Assembly: GCA_002269645.1 (NCBI GenBank)
Contig: NIVC01002440.1
Span: forward strand, 62,001-126,000
Length of the DNA: 64,000 nt
Direction: 5' to 3'
Source of the DNA: Macrostomum lignano
Taxonomy: Eukaryota
Each line of letters begins with the position of its first letter. The first letter of the stretch is position 1. A program made the translations under genes and the position numbers. The notes under the pieces are model-generated. The model was not told where the DNA came from. It saw nothing but the letters and a program-made list of their open reading frames with translations, and did not search any database. This document shows positions 36,731-52,174 of this stretch, one piece after another.

Positions 36731-37780
36731 CTCCCAGATCCCCATTGGAATCGGTGGTCTCCCAGATCCCCGTTGGAACCGCTAGTCTCCCAGATCCCCA
36801 TTTAGAATCGGTGGTCTCCCAGATCCCCATTTGGAATCGGTGGTCTCCCAGATCCCCGTTGGAACCGCTAGTCTCCCAGATCCCCATTTAGAATCGGTGG
36901 TCTCCCAGATCCCCATTTGGAATCGGTGGTCTCCCAGATCCCCATTGGAATCGGTGGTCTCCCAGATCCCCATTAGAATCGCTGGTCTCAGATCCCCATT
37001 AGAATCGCTGGTCTCAGATCCCCATTAGAATCGCTGGTCTACCAGATCCCCATTTGGAATCGGTGGTCTCCCAGATCCCCGTTGGAACCGCTAGTCTCCC
37101 AGATCCCCATTGGAATCGCTGGTCTCCCAGATCCCCATTAGAATCGCTGGTCTCAGATCCCCATTAGAATCGCTGGTCTACCAGATCCCCATTTGGAATC
37201 GGTGGTCTCCCAGATCCCCGTTGGAACCGCTAGTCTCCCAGATCCCCATTGGAATCGCTGGTCTCCCAGATCCCCATTAGAATCGCTGGTCTCAGATCCC
37301 CATTAGAATCGCTGGTCTACCAGATCCCCATTGGAATCGGTGGTCTCCCAAGTTCGCCGTTGGAACCGCTAGTCTCCCAGATCCCCATTTGGAATCGGTG
37401 GTCTCCCAGATCCCCATTTGGAATCGGTGGTCTCCCAGATTCCCATTTGGAATCGGTGGTCTCCCAGATCCCCATTTGGAATCGGTGGTCTCCCAGATCC
37501 CCATTTGGAATCGGTGGTCTCCCAGATCCCCATTTGGAATCGGTGGTATCCCAGATCCCCATTTGGAATCGGTGGTCTCCCAGATTCTCATTTGGAATCG
37601 GTGGTCTCCCAGATCCCCATTTGGAATCGGTGGTCTCCCAGATCCCCATTTGGAATCGGTGGCCTCCCAGATCCCCATTTGGAATCGGTGGTCTCCCAAG
37701 TTCGCCGTTGGAACCGCTAGTCTCCCAGATCCCCATTTGGAATCGGTGGTCTCCCAGATCCCCATTTGGAATCGGTGGTC
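36731..37780. repeat. Minisatellite, ~29-bp unit with variants
   Basis: Unit CTCCCAGATCCCCATTTGGAATCGGTGGT. Confidence 0.95.
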
Positions 37781-38522
37781 TACATGCTATTGAGGCTTCC
37801 TGAAGCAACGATATCAAACACGGACAAGAGTTTATGCGGGGCAGCAGCGCCAGTACGCCATAAACACCTGACTATGCTTGAAACCGTTCGGATTCAGCGA
37901 CACTGCACGGGGACTTACCTTGTCTGTGTTGCTCTTCAGATTGAGAGGCTTCCACTGCAAATGCCGGCGATGCTCCACATGCCCGGCAGCTGCGCTACTT
38001 TTATGCAGTTTGGATGAGGCCGCAGCTTATCTGCGTTATCTCCGTATTCACAGATGTGACGCTGACGATTTTTTAATCTTTTTTATTCGTGTCCGCAATA
38101 CTTTATGAGTTTAGTCATGCTGGCCTTGGCTTACTGGACTGACTGCAGCTATTCAAGACTAAGCGATTAAATCGCCCTCGCAAAACACGCGTGTAAAACT
38201 GCAGCTGATGTCAAGGCAGTTATCTGCAATTGCCTGACTTGTGCAGAATTTGTTATCTTCAACTTCAGTCCCGCCTGCACTGCAGATAGCCTGCCTGCCT
38301 ACCGCACCATGTCAGTTGCACGCATCCAAAAGGGAATTTCAGCAGGTGTCGCTATTTTTAGCGGTGGCTGAGGTTGGCCAAGTGTTGTAAGAGCAGTTTT
38401 TGTGCACTGGTCATCTGTTTAGTGAGTTTAGTTTTATACTTGGATTCTGGACGGATATTTGGAGTCTTCGTTTTTGCCTAGAGATGCGAGCCTGCTGAAA
38501 AGGGCATATTGGATGTGAGCCA

Positions 38523-38706
38523 GCTGTCCCATTCGTGGGCTGTCCCTGTCCCATTCGTGGGCTGTCCCTGTCCCATTCGTGGGCTGTCCCTGTCCCATTC
38601 AGTGGGCTGTCCCTGTCCCATTCAGTGTGCTGTCCCTGTCCCATTCAGTGGGCTGTCCCTGTCCCATTCAGTGCACGGCTGTCCCTGTCCCATTCAGTGG
38701 TCTGTC
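38523..38706. repeat. Short minisatellite, 22-23-bp unit
   Basis: Unit GGGCTGTCCCTGTCCCATTC(A)GT. Confidence 0.9.
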
Positions 38707-40040
38707 CGATTCTACAGCACCAGCTGTCACTGATTCTACAGCACCAGCTGTCACTGATTCTATACAGCACCAGCTGTCACTAATTCTACAGCACCAGCTG
38801 TCACTGATTCTATACAGCACCAGCTGTCACTAATTCTACAGCACCAGCTGTCACTGATTCTATACAGCACCAGCTGTCACTAATTCTACAGCACCAGCTG
38901 TCACTGATTCTATACAGCACCAGCTGTCACTAATTCTACAGCACCAGCTGTCACTGATTCTATACAGCACCAGCTGTCACTAATTCTACAGCACCAGCTG
39001 TCACTGATTCTATACAGCACCAGCTGTCACTAATTCAACAGCACCAGCTGTCACTGATTCTATACAGCACCAGCTGTCACTAATTCTACAGCACCAGCTG
39101 TCACTGATTCTATACAGCACCAGCTGTCACCGATTCTACAGCACCAGCTGTCACTGATTCTATACAGCACCAGCTGTCACCGATTCTACAGCACCAGCTG
39201 TCACTGATTCTATACAGCACCAGCTGTCACCGATTCTACAGCACCAGCTGTCACTGATTCTATACAGCACCAGCTGTCACTAATTCTACAGCACCAGCTG
39301 TCACTGATTCTATACAGCACCAGCTGTCACCGATTCTACAGCACCAGCTGTCACTGATTCTATACAGCACCAGCTGTCACTAATTCTACAGCACCAGCTG
39401 TCACTGATTCTATACAGCACCAGCTGTCACTAATTCTACAGCACCAGCTGTCACTGATTCTATACAGCACCAGCTGTCACCGATTCTACAGCACCAGCTG
39501 TCACTGATTCTATACAGCACCAGCTGTCACCGATTCTACAGCACCAGCTGTCACTGATTCTATACAGCACCAGCTGTCACTAATTCTACAGCACCAGCTG
39601 TCACTGATTCTATACAGCACCAGCTGTCACTAATTCTACAGCACCAGCTGTCACTGATTCTATACAGCACCAGCTGTCACTAATTCTACAGCACCAGCTG
39701 TCACTGATTCTATACAGCACCAGCTGTCACTAATTCTACAGCACCAGCTGTCACTGATTCTATACAGCACCAGCTGTCACTAATTCTACAGCACCAGCTG
39801 TCACTGATTCTATACAGCACCAGCTGTCACTAATTCTACAGCACCAGCTGTCACTGATTCTATACAGCACCAGCTGTCACCGATTCTACAGCACCAGCTG
39901 TCACTGATTCTATACAGCACCAGCTGTCAGCGATTCTACAGCACCAGCTGTCACTGATTCTATACAGCACCAGCTGTCACCGATTCTACAGCACCAGCTG
40001 TCACTGATTCTATACAGCACCAGCTGTCAGCGATTCTACA
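38707..40040. repeat. Minisatellite with alternating 24/26-bp monomers (50-bp dimer)
   Basis: GATTCTATACAGCACCAGCTGTCACT alternates with (A/G)ATTCTACAGCACCAGCTGTCACT. Confidence 0.95.
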
Positions 40041-40295
40041 TCGCTGATAGCTGGTTCTACAGCACCATGCTGTCACAAATTCTGCAGCATCAACTGTCAC
40101 TGACATGCATATGTATTATGAGTGCTAATTGCCGCTTGAAGCACTTTTTATATGCATGCATATTGAGTGTGCTGATGTAAAATGGGTGCCAGCATTAGCT
40201 GGGGTAACTGAAGCTGTGAGCTGTCGGTTGCACATCTGCTGTGGGTGTAATCAATAATTAAGTATTAAATATATGAGCAAATGAGTGTGTTAATG

Positions 40296-40532
40296 CATGG
40301 ACTTCTATACTTAGCATCTGGACTGGAAGCGAAAAAATTCGCGTTACCACATGAGGCCATCAGAAATGTATTTAATTTTTTATCGCGAGGCAACGACGCA
40401 AATTCCAACTGATTAATTTTATATTCAGACAGGACTACTTGTGATTGGGAACGAATTATATACATGTTGTTATATATATTAGCAGTGTGTGCAGAGAAAA
40501 AGATGCATGTGTGCTAAGTATAGAAGTCCATG
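40296..40532. mobile_element. 237-bp MITE (possibly P-element-like)
   Basis: 21-bp perfect TIR CATGGACTTCTATACTTAGCA / TGCTAAGTATAGAAGTCCATG; 7-bp direct flank GTTAATG at 40289-40295 and 40533-40539. Confidence 0.75.
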
Positions 40533-41070
40533 GTTAATGCCGCATTTGATGTCTAGGGTGACAGCCCTCCACGGCTCGACTAATCTTGCACGGGCTAAAA
40601 TTGGACTTGGCGCGCATGTTCGCCCGCTTGTCCGATTCAGTTGAATCCTTCTGTGTGAAACACCGCACAGACCTCAGTTAGGAAGGGGGGCAAGCTGGTA
40701 AAAGTGGTCCCTCTGCAGCGGGCTCTGCAGGTGCGAACTGCATGCCGACCCAAGTCCTTCCTTCCTGATCCACTCCCTCCGCGATTGCGTCTGCATGGTG
40801 AATTTCTGCGTTGCTGAAACAATTAATATTTGGAAAATACGATTAATTATTAACATTTTCAACACTTAAGGTTGTTTTTTACGGTTGATGCTTATTTCGA
40901 ATTATTTGTATCCATATAGTAAATGTTTAATTTCCGAGTTTGGCTAGAATTTAATGAAGCGAAAATATTTAACAACGTTGATTTAAAGTCTTAAAATGAA
41001 ATTTTACACAGGAGAGAAAGCTGAAGAAAAAAATCTAAGATATTAAAAGTTAATTATTTTTAATTAGTTT

Positions 41071-42294
<1,224 letters not shown>

Positions 42295-45200
42295 CTTTGA
42301 AAGCTGAACTGCTAATGCAGCGGCCTGAGTTCTAATTTGCATGGTGTCAATTGTTATTTATTGAAAGCTTTTCAACTGAAGCAGACTTTAAGAAAGAAAG
42401 TAAAATAAAAATAAAAGATTCGCTTTTTCCGGAGTTCATTCGATCGGAGCATGACTGAGACGTCAGGGCTCACAGGAGAATTGTTGAAATGCTGTGACTC
42501 TTGGGAAGGGGCCACAAGGGCAATTGGGAGTTGTTGGTAGGCCAAGTCATGGGTTTGCAGGGAGGCTCAAATTTGATGCCAAAACTCAATATGGCTCGCT
42601 TTCAGGGCTCATGTATTTTTGTTTCAAGCATCGTTTCTTTAATAAACGAACAACAGTCACGGTACGGGGTCCAATGCTACGTGTAGTAATTGTAGTTGGA
42701 ATGGGCGTGTAACCGCGGCTAAGCTACTGGTTTCTATTGCTAAGGATTATGAGTGGATTATTATCTGCGGTACTGTTTAAATGTTTGGTAGTTCGCTGCC
42801 ACCAGGTTTCCTGCTTTCCCTAAGTCTAGTACTTTAGATTAAAGAAGTGAGTCAGGACACCAAAGATTATAGTTATCAGTTGGAAATATTTAATAATAAA
42901 GAGAATGCGTACAAAAGGTTATTTGTGTTACATTAATTCCCTAGTTTTATTCCCGTTGTGCGTTTTGGGCAAGACTCCCAATATTTTAGAGGCAAGACTC
43001 CTCTGTGCAAACCTATCCCTTTATATTTCCCTTTTCTTACCACTTCTTCGTGAATTCTCTAAGTTAAACAGGAGAAGACACTCCAACGAAGGCGGCTTTC
43101 TTTCCCAAGAGCCCAACTGCTCTGTATTTCTAAAGGAACCCCGATTTTATCCACTTACCCCCGCTCTAATTATTTCCCCGGGTTGAAACTACTGATAGTA
43201 GGGTAAAAGCATATTTAAACCCACAAAATTTCCCGTTCCTAAAATAATGCCCTACTACATAGTCTATACAATATTCTTTCTTTTTTGCCTCTTAAACAGA
43301 TTGCAAGCTGAAAGCTAATATATCATTTGAAAAAATGATTTGACAATTTCTACTGGACAGACGCAGTGAATTCGGATATCAGTTGTGAATGGCTCCAGCC
43401 CCAATAATGCCTGCAAATCGTTTGAAGACAATCAATTCAGCGTATCGATTAAAAACCAGAAAATACGAATTTTTGCAGCCTGAGCGGCAGTTCGGGACAC
43501 CCAAGAATTTTGCTTGCACAAAATCAGCCATTCACTCAACACAATGCCTTCCATATGCCCTGCTGTCAACTGCTATGGGGGTGCTGCTGCTGCTGCTCTC
43601 CGCTGCACCCGCACGGAGACGCTGGGTTGGTTAAGTCATCTAGTCAACAGGCATCCCGGATGCCGTCCTTCATCGCTACAAACAGATCGGGCATCTGGCA
43701 GCTAAGGCCAGCTGGCTGACGCGATCTTCAGTGCCGTGTCTGCCAGCTTTCCCGACAACACTGTGGGAGTGATCGTCTTCGAGCCAGTTGTTGGATTGGG
43801 AAGATCATTCAATTTCAGCCCGTGCCGCGGCATCGTGCACTACATGGCCAGAGCCAGCAGGGCCAGCGGGAGGAGAAGCTGCTACAACTGTAGAGAGCCG
43901 TTATAATCATACCGTAATGCACAACTTCAAGTAACATCTAAGAAAACCAATTTAAACTCGCAATCTATTTTTAGAATAAGTCATAATGAGTCATATGTAT
44001 TTTTAGACTTCGTAGGACCAATGTTTATTTGATCAAGGAACCGGTTCTCAGGAGTTGTATTTGCTTTATTCCAAAGATGGTAAATGCTCAAACATTCATG
44101 ACCCCTTAATCAAACATGTGTGACCTAAGTAAATATCCGATTTTAAACCAGTTTTCCCCCATAATTTTGATCTAAAAATTGGTGGAAATCAGAGTCAAAA
44201 ATGAAGACTCGGAGCGGTATTAAGAAAGACTTTGGAATAAGTTAATGAAGAAGACCCATCTCTGAGAGAAATCCGGACAGATTGGTAAGCGTTTACCTTA
44301 TTTAGTTCTTTGTTACTGGCGCTAATAAGTTGATTAACTAAGTTTACAAGTCTTTTTATTGTCGACACATTTTGAGAAAGGCCTCCTTGTTGCCTAGGAT
44401 TTATTGATTTGATTCGAGTTATCCGTTACGTTTCGGAGGTAACGAAGAAGACGCCCTTCAGGAGGACCTGTTACAGATCTTAGAGACTTCAATTGTTCAT
44501 TAGGGCGCACGTTCTATTGTTAATTCCGAGCTCGAGGACCGTCAAGAATTCTGATTCGCTCTCGTTTTGGTCTACCCACAGAAAAGGTTAAGGATTCCGG
44601 GAGACAACAGCTGTTCACCGGAACCGGCCGCCGCCACCGCTCAGCCAAGCCAGACAGCGCTGCACCCTGCAAGACCCAGACGTCTGCAAACTACAAGAGG
44701 ATCCGCCGCAGTGAGAGTTGTTTGATTTTGCATATACCCATAGGCACTTGCTCTCCAGTGTCTAGAAGTGGGAGTTTTCGATCGTGACTGATCACCACTC
44801 TTAAACTCTTCACAAAATTTTGGTTTCCATTGGCATCGAGAAGCGGAACTGGAGCGGCTACGGGGGGCTGCGGAACCTGCTGCACACCACTTCAAACCGC
44901 TTCTCCGACAGGAGCATGTTCAACCAGCCAACGGTTAATGAAGCTTTCCAGGAATTGAAGCCGCATGGGACTGCCAATCGGTAAACACGACTGGAGCGTA
45001 CAAAAGTGCTAAACTCGACTAATTTAGAAGAGCGGTTATAGAAATCTTGCTTTTAGTTAAGCCCGGCCCTGTCTAGGGCAGTAAAAGCAGAAAAAAGCCT
45101 TTAAACTGATGGCATTGTAAACGTGGGAAATAAATTGTAATAAAAAAGCTCTCTGTAATAATGAATCAATTACTTCTGATGAGATAATGAAAGAGAGTGT

Positions 45201-45344
45201 GATGATGCAGCTCAGCCTTCAACTCCTACATGTTCCCGTGTTCTATCTGGTACACTGCACTTGATGAGGCAGTAGGACTGCATTGGGAGCGAATCACCAG
45301 CTGAACTGAATTAATCAGATCCTGCCATGCAACTAACGGCTGCT

Positions 45345-46260
45345 GACTCAATGATCAGATCGCACACTGAGTAGAGTGACTTGAGGATCGGATCGCACAC
45401 TGAGTAGAGTGACTTGAGGATCAGATCGCACACTGAGTAGAGTGACTTGAGGATCGGATCGCACACTGAGTAGAGTGACTTGAGGATCGGATCGCACACT
45501 GAGTAGAGTGACTTGAGGATCGGATCGCACACTGAGTAGAGTGACTTGAGGATCGGATCGCACACTGAGTAGAGTGACTTGAGGATCAGATCGCACACTG
45601 AGTAGAGTGACTTGAGGATCGGATCGCACACTGAGTGACTTGAGGATCAGATCGCACACTGAGTAGAGTGACTTGATGATCGGATCGCACACTGAGTGAC
45701 TTGAGGATCGGATCGCACACTGAGTAGAGTGACTTGAGGATCGGATCGCACACTGAGTAGAGTGACTCAATGATCAGATCACACACTGAGTAGAGTGACT
45801 TGAGGATCAGATCGCACACTGAGTAGAGTGACTTGAGGATCAGATCGCACACTGAGTAGAGTGACTTGAGGATCGGATCGCACACTGAGTAGAGTGACTT
45901 GAGGATCAGATCGCACACTGAGTAGAGTGACTTGAGGATCAGATCGCACACTCAGTAGAGTGACTTGAGGATCGGATCGCACACTGAGTAGAGTGACTTG
46001 AGGATCGGATCGCACACTGAGTAGAGTGACTTGAGGATCAGATCGCACACTGAGTAGAGTGACTTGAGGATCAGATCGCACACTGAGTAGAGTGACTTGA
46101 GGATCGGATCGCACACTGAGTAGAGTGACTTGAGGATCAGATCGCACACTGAGTAAAGTGACTTGAGGATCAGATCGCACACTGAGTAGAGTGACTTGAG
46201 GATCAGATCGCACACTGAGTAGAGTGACTTGAGGATCGGATCGCGCACTGAGTGAGTGAC
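45345..46260. repeat. Minisatellite, 33-bp unit, ~27 copies
   Basis: Unit GATC(A/G)GATCGCACACTGAGTAGAGTGACTTGAG. Confidence 0.95.
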
Positions 46261-46554
46261 TTTAAGTATTAGACTGCAAGAAGCCACCAAGCAAATTGAA
46301 AATGGCATGCAAGGGACACGAGAGCTGGAGGGTCAGTTTGTCGGCTTCAGAAGAATTGACATATTATAAACTGCGCTGCCAATTCAACCGCAAAATTCTC
46401 GCCAGCAGAGCAAAGTGCGGAGGTTTTTATTGTTTTCGTTCAAAATAATGGGGGGACCTGGAGGAACAGAAAACTGACTGGCAAACAAATGCTGTGCGGT
46501 CAAATTCAAAAATAGGTCGCAGAATCAGCGCAACACAGGCGGGGTCGGCTGGGG

Positions 46555-48821
46555 TCAGACGACCTCGTGGACGAACCTCTTGCTGAGCCGCACAGAGGAG
46601 CTGCAGGCGCGGACGTCGGCGACTTCCTTGTCGGTGATGCAGAAGGTCAGCAGAGGGTTCAGGCAGTCGGACTCCACGCACTTGACGGTGTACTTGCACC
46701 AGTGCTTCACCTTGAAGGCCTGGCCCAGGTGGCAGGGCGTAGAGCGCAGTTTGCCGTCGTAGCTCTCCTCGTAGATGATGAAGAGCGCCGATCTGGGAGG
46801 CTGGGCAGCGGCCGCCTCGCCGCAGGGCAGCAGGCGGGCCTTCAGCGCCGGCAGGTCGACGTCGAGGCTGAAGCTGGCGGACTTGGCGGTCGAGCTGCGC
46901 CGCCCGCTGACTGGCTCGGACGTTGAGGATGTCGCCAGTTGGCCGGTGGCCGCGGTGGCCGTCTCGGCGTCCCGGACGGACTCGGCGGGCGAGGCGGAGC
47001 CGACAGAAGACAGCGGCGGGCGGTCGCCCTCGGCGCAGGCGCTGTGGTGAATGCGGAAGCAGTTCCAGCCGCTGCGGAACGGGCAGTGGAAGGCCGAGCT
47101 GGGGTCGCTTGGGTCCTGCCGGTCCACGGAGATCAGCGGCGAGGCGGCGGAGCGCCGGTTGTTGGCGTTGGAGGACTGCGACACCATGGTGGGCTGCCGC
47201 TGCACCGTCACGTGCAGGCGGACGTCGCTGTTTTTGATTTCCTTGACGTACAGGGCGTTGCGCTGGAAGGCCAGCACGCTGGTGGGCAGCGTCTGCTTGG
47301 TGGCGGGGTCCACCACCGTGATGAGATAGTCGGACATCCGCTCGATGGGGATGCTCTCCCGGATTGTCAGGCTGTCGGGGTCCACGCCGCCCTCGAACAC
47401 GAGCTGCTTGTCGGCCAGCAGGATGTTCGAGTTGGTCTCCTTGAGCACCTTCTCCACGCGGTAGTGCTTGGCTACGTGCGACTTGATGGTGCCGATCAGC
47501 ATCCGGTGCGCGTCAACATCGACGTCCAGGTAGAACTCGCCGAGCGGCTTCGTGCCGACCTCCACGATTTTCTCGTCGAAAGTGATGTGCAGCACGAAGG
47601 TGCCGCGCTGCTCGATGAGGCGCTCCATCAGGAAGTTGAGCTGCTTGGGGGCATCCTTTGATTCCTGGACGCGCAAAATCTTCTGCTCGGTGATGAAGTC
47701 GAGCAAGTCCACGGGGCGGCCCAGGCCGTGCAGCTGCACCCGCAGGGTGTACGCCATATTGCGCAGCGCCACCAGGTTGCTGCCGCTCTTCACCGCGCCC
47801 GGCTCCATCGTGACCGACTGCACCTTGCTGTTGCCCTCTTCGTGCGAGATCAGAATGATGTCGATGGGCCGGGTGAGCTGCTCCGGCTTGGGCAGCACGA
47901 CGCCCAGCTGGTCCTTCTTCACCTGGTAGATCACCTGCATGTTGGGCAGGTAGTCGCTGGTCTGCTTGTGCGGGCACTCCTCGGTGGCGGGTGCCTGGTC
48001 CTCCGCTTGCGGTGCCTGGTCCTCTGCTTGCGGTGCCTGGTCCTCCGCTTGCGGTGCCTGGTCCTCTGCTTGCGGTGCCTGGTCCTCCGCTTGCGGTGCC
48101 TCCTCCTTAAGCTGGTCGTACGGGTCCTCGACCTCCGACGGCGGCGGCGGCGGTGGCGGTGGGGGCGGCAGCGATGTTGGCGGGGGCGGCGGCGGCGGGG
48201 GCGGCGGTTGCGGCTCCGCCTGCTGCACCGGCGCGGGCTCGGCCGGGGCGGAGGCGACCGGTTTGATGCCGAGCGGCCTGCTGCCGATCTCGTCCACCGC
48301 GCCAGTGGGGTTGAGGATCTTGGCCCGTTCCAGCCACTTCATGAACCAGTAGGCCAGGACGCCCTTCTCCTGCACTTCAACGTCTTGCTCTCGCGGTGTC
48401 AGCGCCAGCAGCGCGGTGACGGGCTGCTTGTCGAAGCGCAGGCAGTACAGATACTCCTGGTGCGGCGTGAAGGGCACGGAGCCCTGCGGGTCGCCAGCGC
48501 GGTCCTGGTACAGCTTCTGCGTGCGACAGGCCTGGCAGGCACTGTCCGCGCAGTCCGCGCGGCATTTCTGCCTGGTGAACAGCAGCACGTCGGCGCCCTC
48601 GGTGTCGGCGACGCCCTGCACGCGCAGCAGGCGCATCTCCCTGGTCTGGAAGTTCACGTGCACCTGCACCTCATAGTCGCTGGAGTCCGCCAGTGGGGGT
48701 AGGGCACCGGCGGGTAGTGCGAGCTGTTGTTCACGTTGGCCAGGTTGTTGAGGTTGCGGGACTCGGGCGCGGCCGGTGCCGGCACGAGCTTGCGGGTGAC
48801 GATGCTGGAGCTGCCGGTCAT
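46555..48821 (-). CDS. Uncharacterised ~755-aa protein (Pro-rich segment, EDQAPQA repeats) with apparent 1-nt frameshift near 48703
   Basis: 704-codon ORF with strong C/G third-position bias. The upstream ATG at 48821 opens a similarly biased frame offset by one base. No family recognised. Confidence 0.75.
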
Positions 48822-49294
48822 GCTGGCGACTGGCTGGCCTGAGTGCACTTTAGAATCCGCTCGGGCTCCCAATCTGTGCTTTCCAACCACTGCTCTCGCT
48901 GCTAGCTGTGTTAGCTGCCTAGGAATAGATCGCTCACTAGAGCTGACTGTACACCGCGGGCCCGAGGCCCTCCCGGCCATAGACAGTCGCCAGATCTGCG
49001 GCTATTTTTAACCACCGGGTGGTGACTGCCAGACTAATTCTGCTGAGTGCAGCCTGAGCTCACTAATCCCTTCCTCACTGCTCACCTCATCTTGTGCTGA
49101 GTCCACTGATGTACAGCGCGGTAATCAGGGAGATCCAAAGCGCTCAAAGGGGAAGGGGAAAATTGTGCCGCCAGAAATCCGGCAGATTAGCGGCCTGCTT
49201 TGGAGCCGGTGGCAAGTGCCAATCAACAAGAAGTGCTGGACAGACCCCTGCAGGCAGCTTAAAGCCTTGAAGGGGAGGATAAACCGGGCCTGAG

Positions 49295-49453
49295 ACAGGG
49301 AATTGGGAATGTGACGGTGAATTCACAGGGAATTGGGAATGTGACGGTGAATTCACAGGGAATTGGGAATGTGACGGTGAATTCACAGGGAATTGGGAAT
49401 GTGACGGTGAATTCACAGGGAATTGGGAATGTGCCAGTGAATTCACAGGGAAT
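49295..49453. repeat. Minisatellite, 30-bp unit, ~5 copies
   Basis: Unit ACAGGGAATTGGGAATGTGACGGTGAATTC. Confidence 0.92.
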
Positions 49454-49884
49454 GCTTTCACCGTGTAGCCGTATGTCGGCTTCAATGCAGGAGTGACAAT
49501 TCGGAAAAAGCACGCAGCCTGTAGCAAAAAATGTTGCTCCACCTCCTGATTTCAGTTTGCAACAAAACTTCAGCTTAGTAAAATTATTTTATTATTCTTT
49601 CCCAACAGCTTCTTACTTCATCGGCATTTAATCAGAAGTTGCTCTTTGTAGAACAAAGGCTGCAGAAAGCAATGTTCTTGGCCTTTGTTACCCCTGCTCA
49701 AAGCCCTTGATGTTCTGATGGCATCCGTGCTCTTCTGAGTAGTCACCCATTTTGTAGCCTCGGTGAGAGCTCACTGCTTTTCTTCTGTATGATTTGAGCA
49801 GGTCCTCAATGAGTTGCTTATGGTTGGATACCTTGGGGTTACCAAGAAATCTCTGTACGACTGCTCACAGCTTCTTTATGTAGT

Positions 49885-50875
<991 letters not shown>

Positions 50876-51417
50876 AAAGGCGGCAAGCTGCAGCCAAATT
50901 GAGTTCATATCCGAGCGCCATTGGATTTCAGCGGGGCCCGCAGACCGGGCCGCTGAGCCCCTCAATTCAATTTTCGCCACGCCCGGAATTCGGACCGCAG
51001 CCGCCACCGCCTTTCAGGCCGCGCCGAGGGGGGATAAAAGGGTCGCCGAGCTGGAGGGAGTTGAAGAGGGAAATGGGGAAAAAGAGACGAATAGAAAGTG
51101 TGGCTGGAAGGGAAGGTGAGTTAATTGACACCTCAGTGCGGCCATCCAAAGCCTGTTAGATCGCAGCTGCAGTCCCCGCAGCAGGTGGGCTTGGATTTTT
51201 GGCCGCGGCCAGTTGCCGGGATAAAATGGATAGGATAAAGGCGTCGTAAGTGGATGCCTGAAATTGGAAATGCCCATTTCTGACAATGGGATTTGAGTGG
51301 ATAATTGATGGGGTAGGTAGGTACTTAATTAGGTTGAGCTGATGCTGTATGGATGTACCGTACAGTGTGGGGTAGATACGGCAGATGCAGTGGAATAGAT
51401 TCGTATTCTGCATGTAG

Positions 51418-51680
51418 GTGGGGTAGACAGGGTGGGACAGTCAGGGTGGAGTAGACAGGGTGGGGTAAGTCAGGGTGGGGTAAGTCAGGGTGGGGTAAGT
51501 CAGGGTGGGGTAGACAGGGTGGGGTAAGTCAGGGTGGGGTAGACAGGGTGGGGTAGACAGGGTGGGGTAAGTCAGGGTGGGGTAGACAGGGTTGGGTAGA
51601 CAGGGTGGGGTAAGTCAGGGTGGGGTAGACAGGGTGGGGTAGTCAGGGTGGGGTAGTCAGGGTGAGGTAGACAGGGTGGG
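51418..51680. repeat. G-rich minisatellite, ~15-bp unit
   Basis: Unit CAGGGTGGGGTA(AGT/GA). Confidence 0.92.
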
Positions 51681-51862
51681 CCAGTCGCATTGGCAAAAAG
51701 ATCACAAATATTAGCAGTATTTTCGATGCAGGACGCAGAGCTGCTGCGGCGCCCGCTCAGCACGGCTCCAATATATTTGTCAGAAACTCCAAAGTCAAGT
51801 GTCAGCAAATGTCAGCAAGTGTCAGAGTCACCCTGTCGGGTCAGCTCCGGCCCCAGTTGGTG

Positions 51863-51989
51863 TCATTCCAAGTCCTCCCAGCGGAGCCGGCCGCCCCTGG
51901 TCTCCCGGCCGCCGTCGCCGTTGCGGAACGGCGGCTCCTTGGGCTGGTCGGCCTCCTCAAAGGTGTACTTCATCGGCCACCAGCGCTTG
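51863..51989 (-). CDS. Small secreted protein, exon 3 (S-KRWWPMKYTFEEADQPKEPPFRNGDGGRETRGGRLRWEDLE*)
   Basis: Acceptor cacccgcag|C, phase 2; coding-like codon usage; TGA at 51863. Confidence 0.6.
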
Positions 51990-52174
51990 CTGCGGGTGGG
52001 TGGGGTGCTGAGGTGTCGCGTGTGCGTGCAGCTGCACAGGGAACGGGGCGGATGGTGAAGTGAAAAGTGGAAACTGGGAGATAGATGGGGCTGGTTTAGA
52101 TATGACTAGGAAGATAGGGAACTGGGAAGTGCGAGAAGGGGATAAAACCAGATAATCAGGAAAGGGGAGTCGTG

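Noticed and set aside
37915-38030. Strong minus-strand donor CAAG|GTAAGT at ~37920 as possible CNOT1 upstream exon
   Set aside because: The phase-0 frame has no ATG and no NOT1 similarity; a non-coding exon cannot be excluded.
38350-38414. MTSAQKLLLQHLANLSHR as possible CNOT1 exon 1
   Set aside because: Weak resemblance only; in-frame TAA follows and there is no phase-0 donor.
43560-43910. CYNC motif suggesting a gag zinc knuckle
   Set aside because: The knuckle is incomplete and followed by a stop; no LTR or pol remnants recognised.
45200-45305. Possible extra 3' exon for the 46.5-48.8 kb gene
   Set aside because: The main ORF already ends in a stop, and no suitable phase-1 donor was found.
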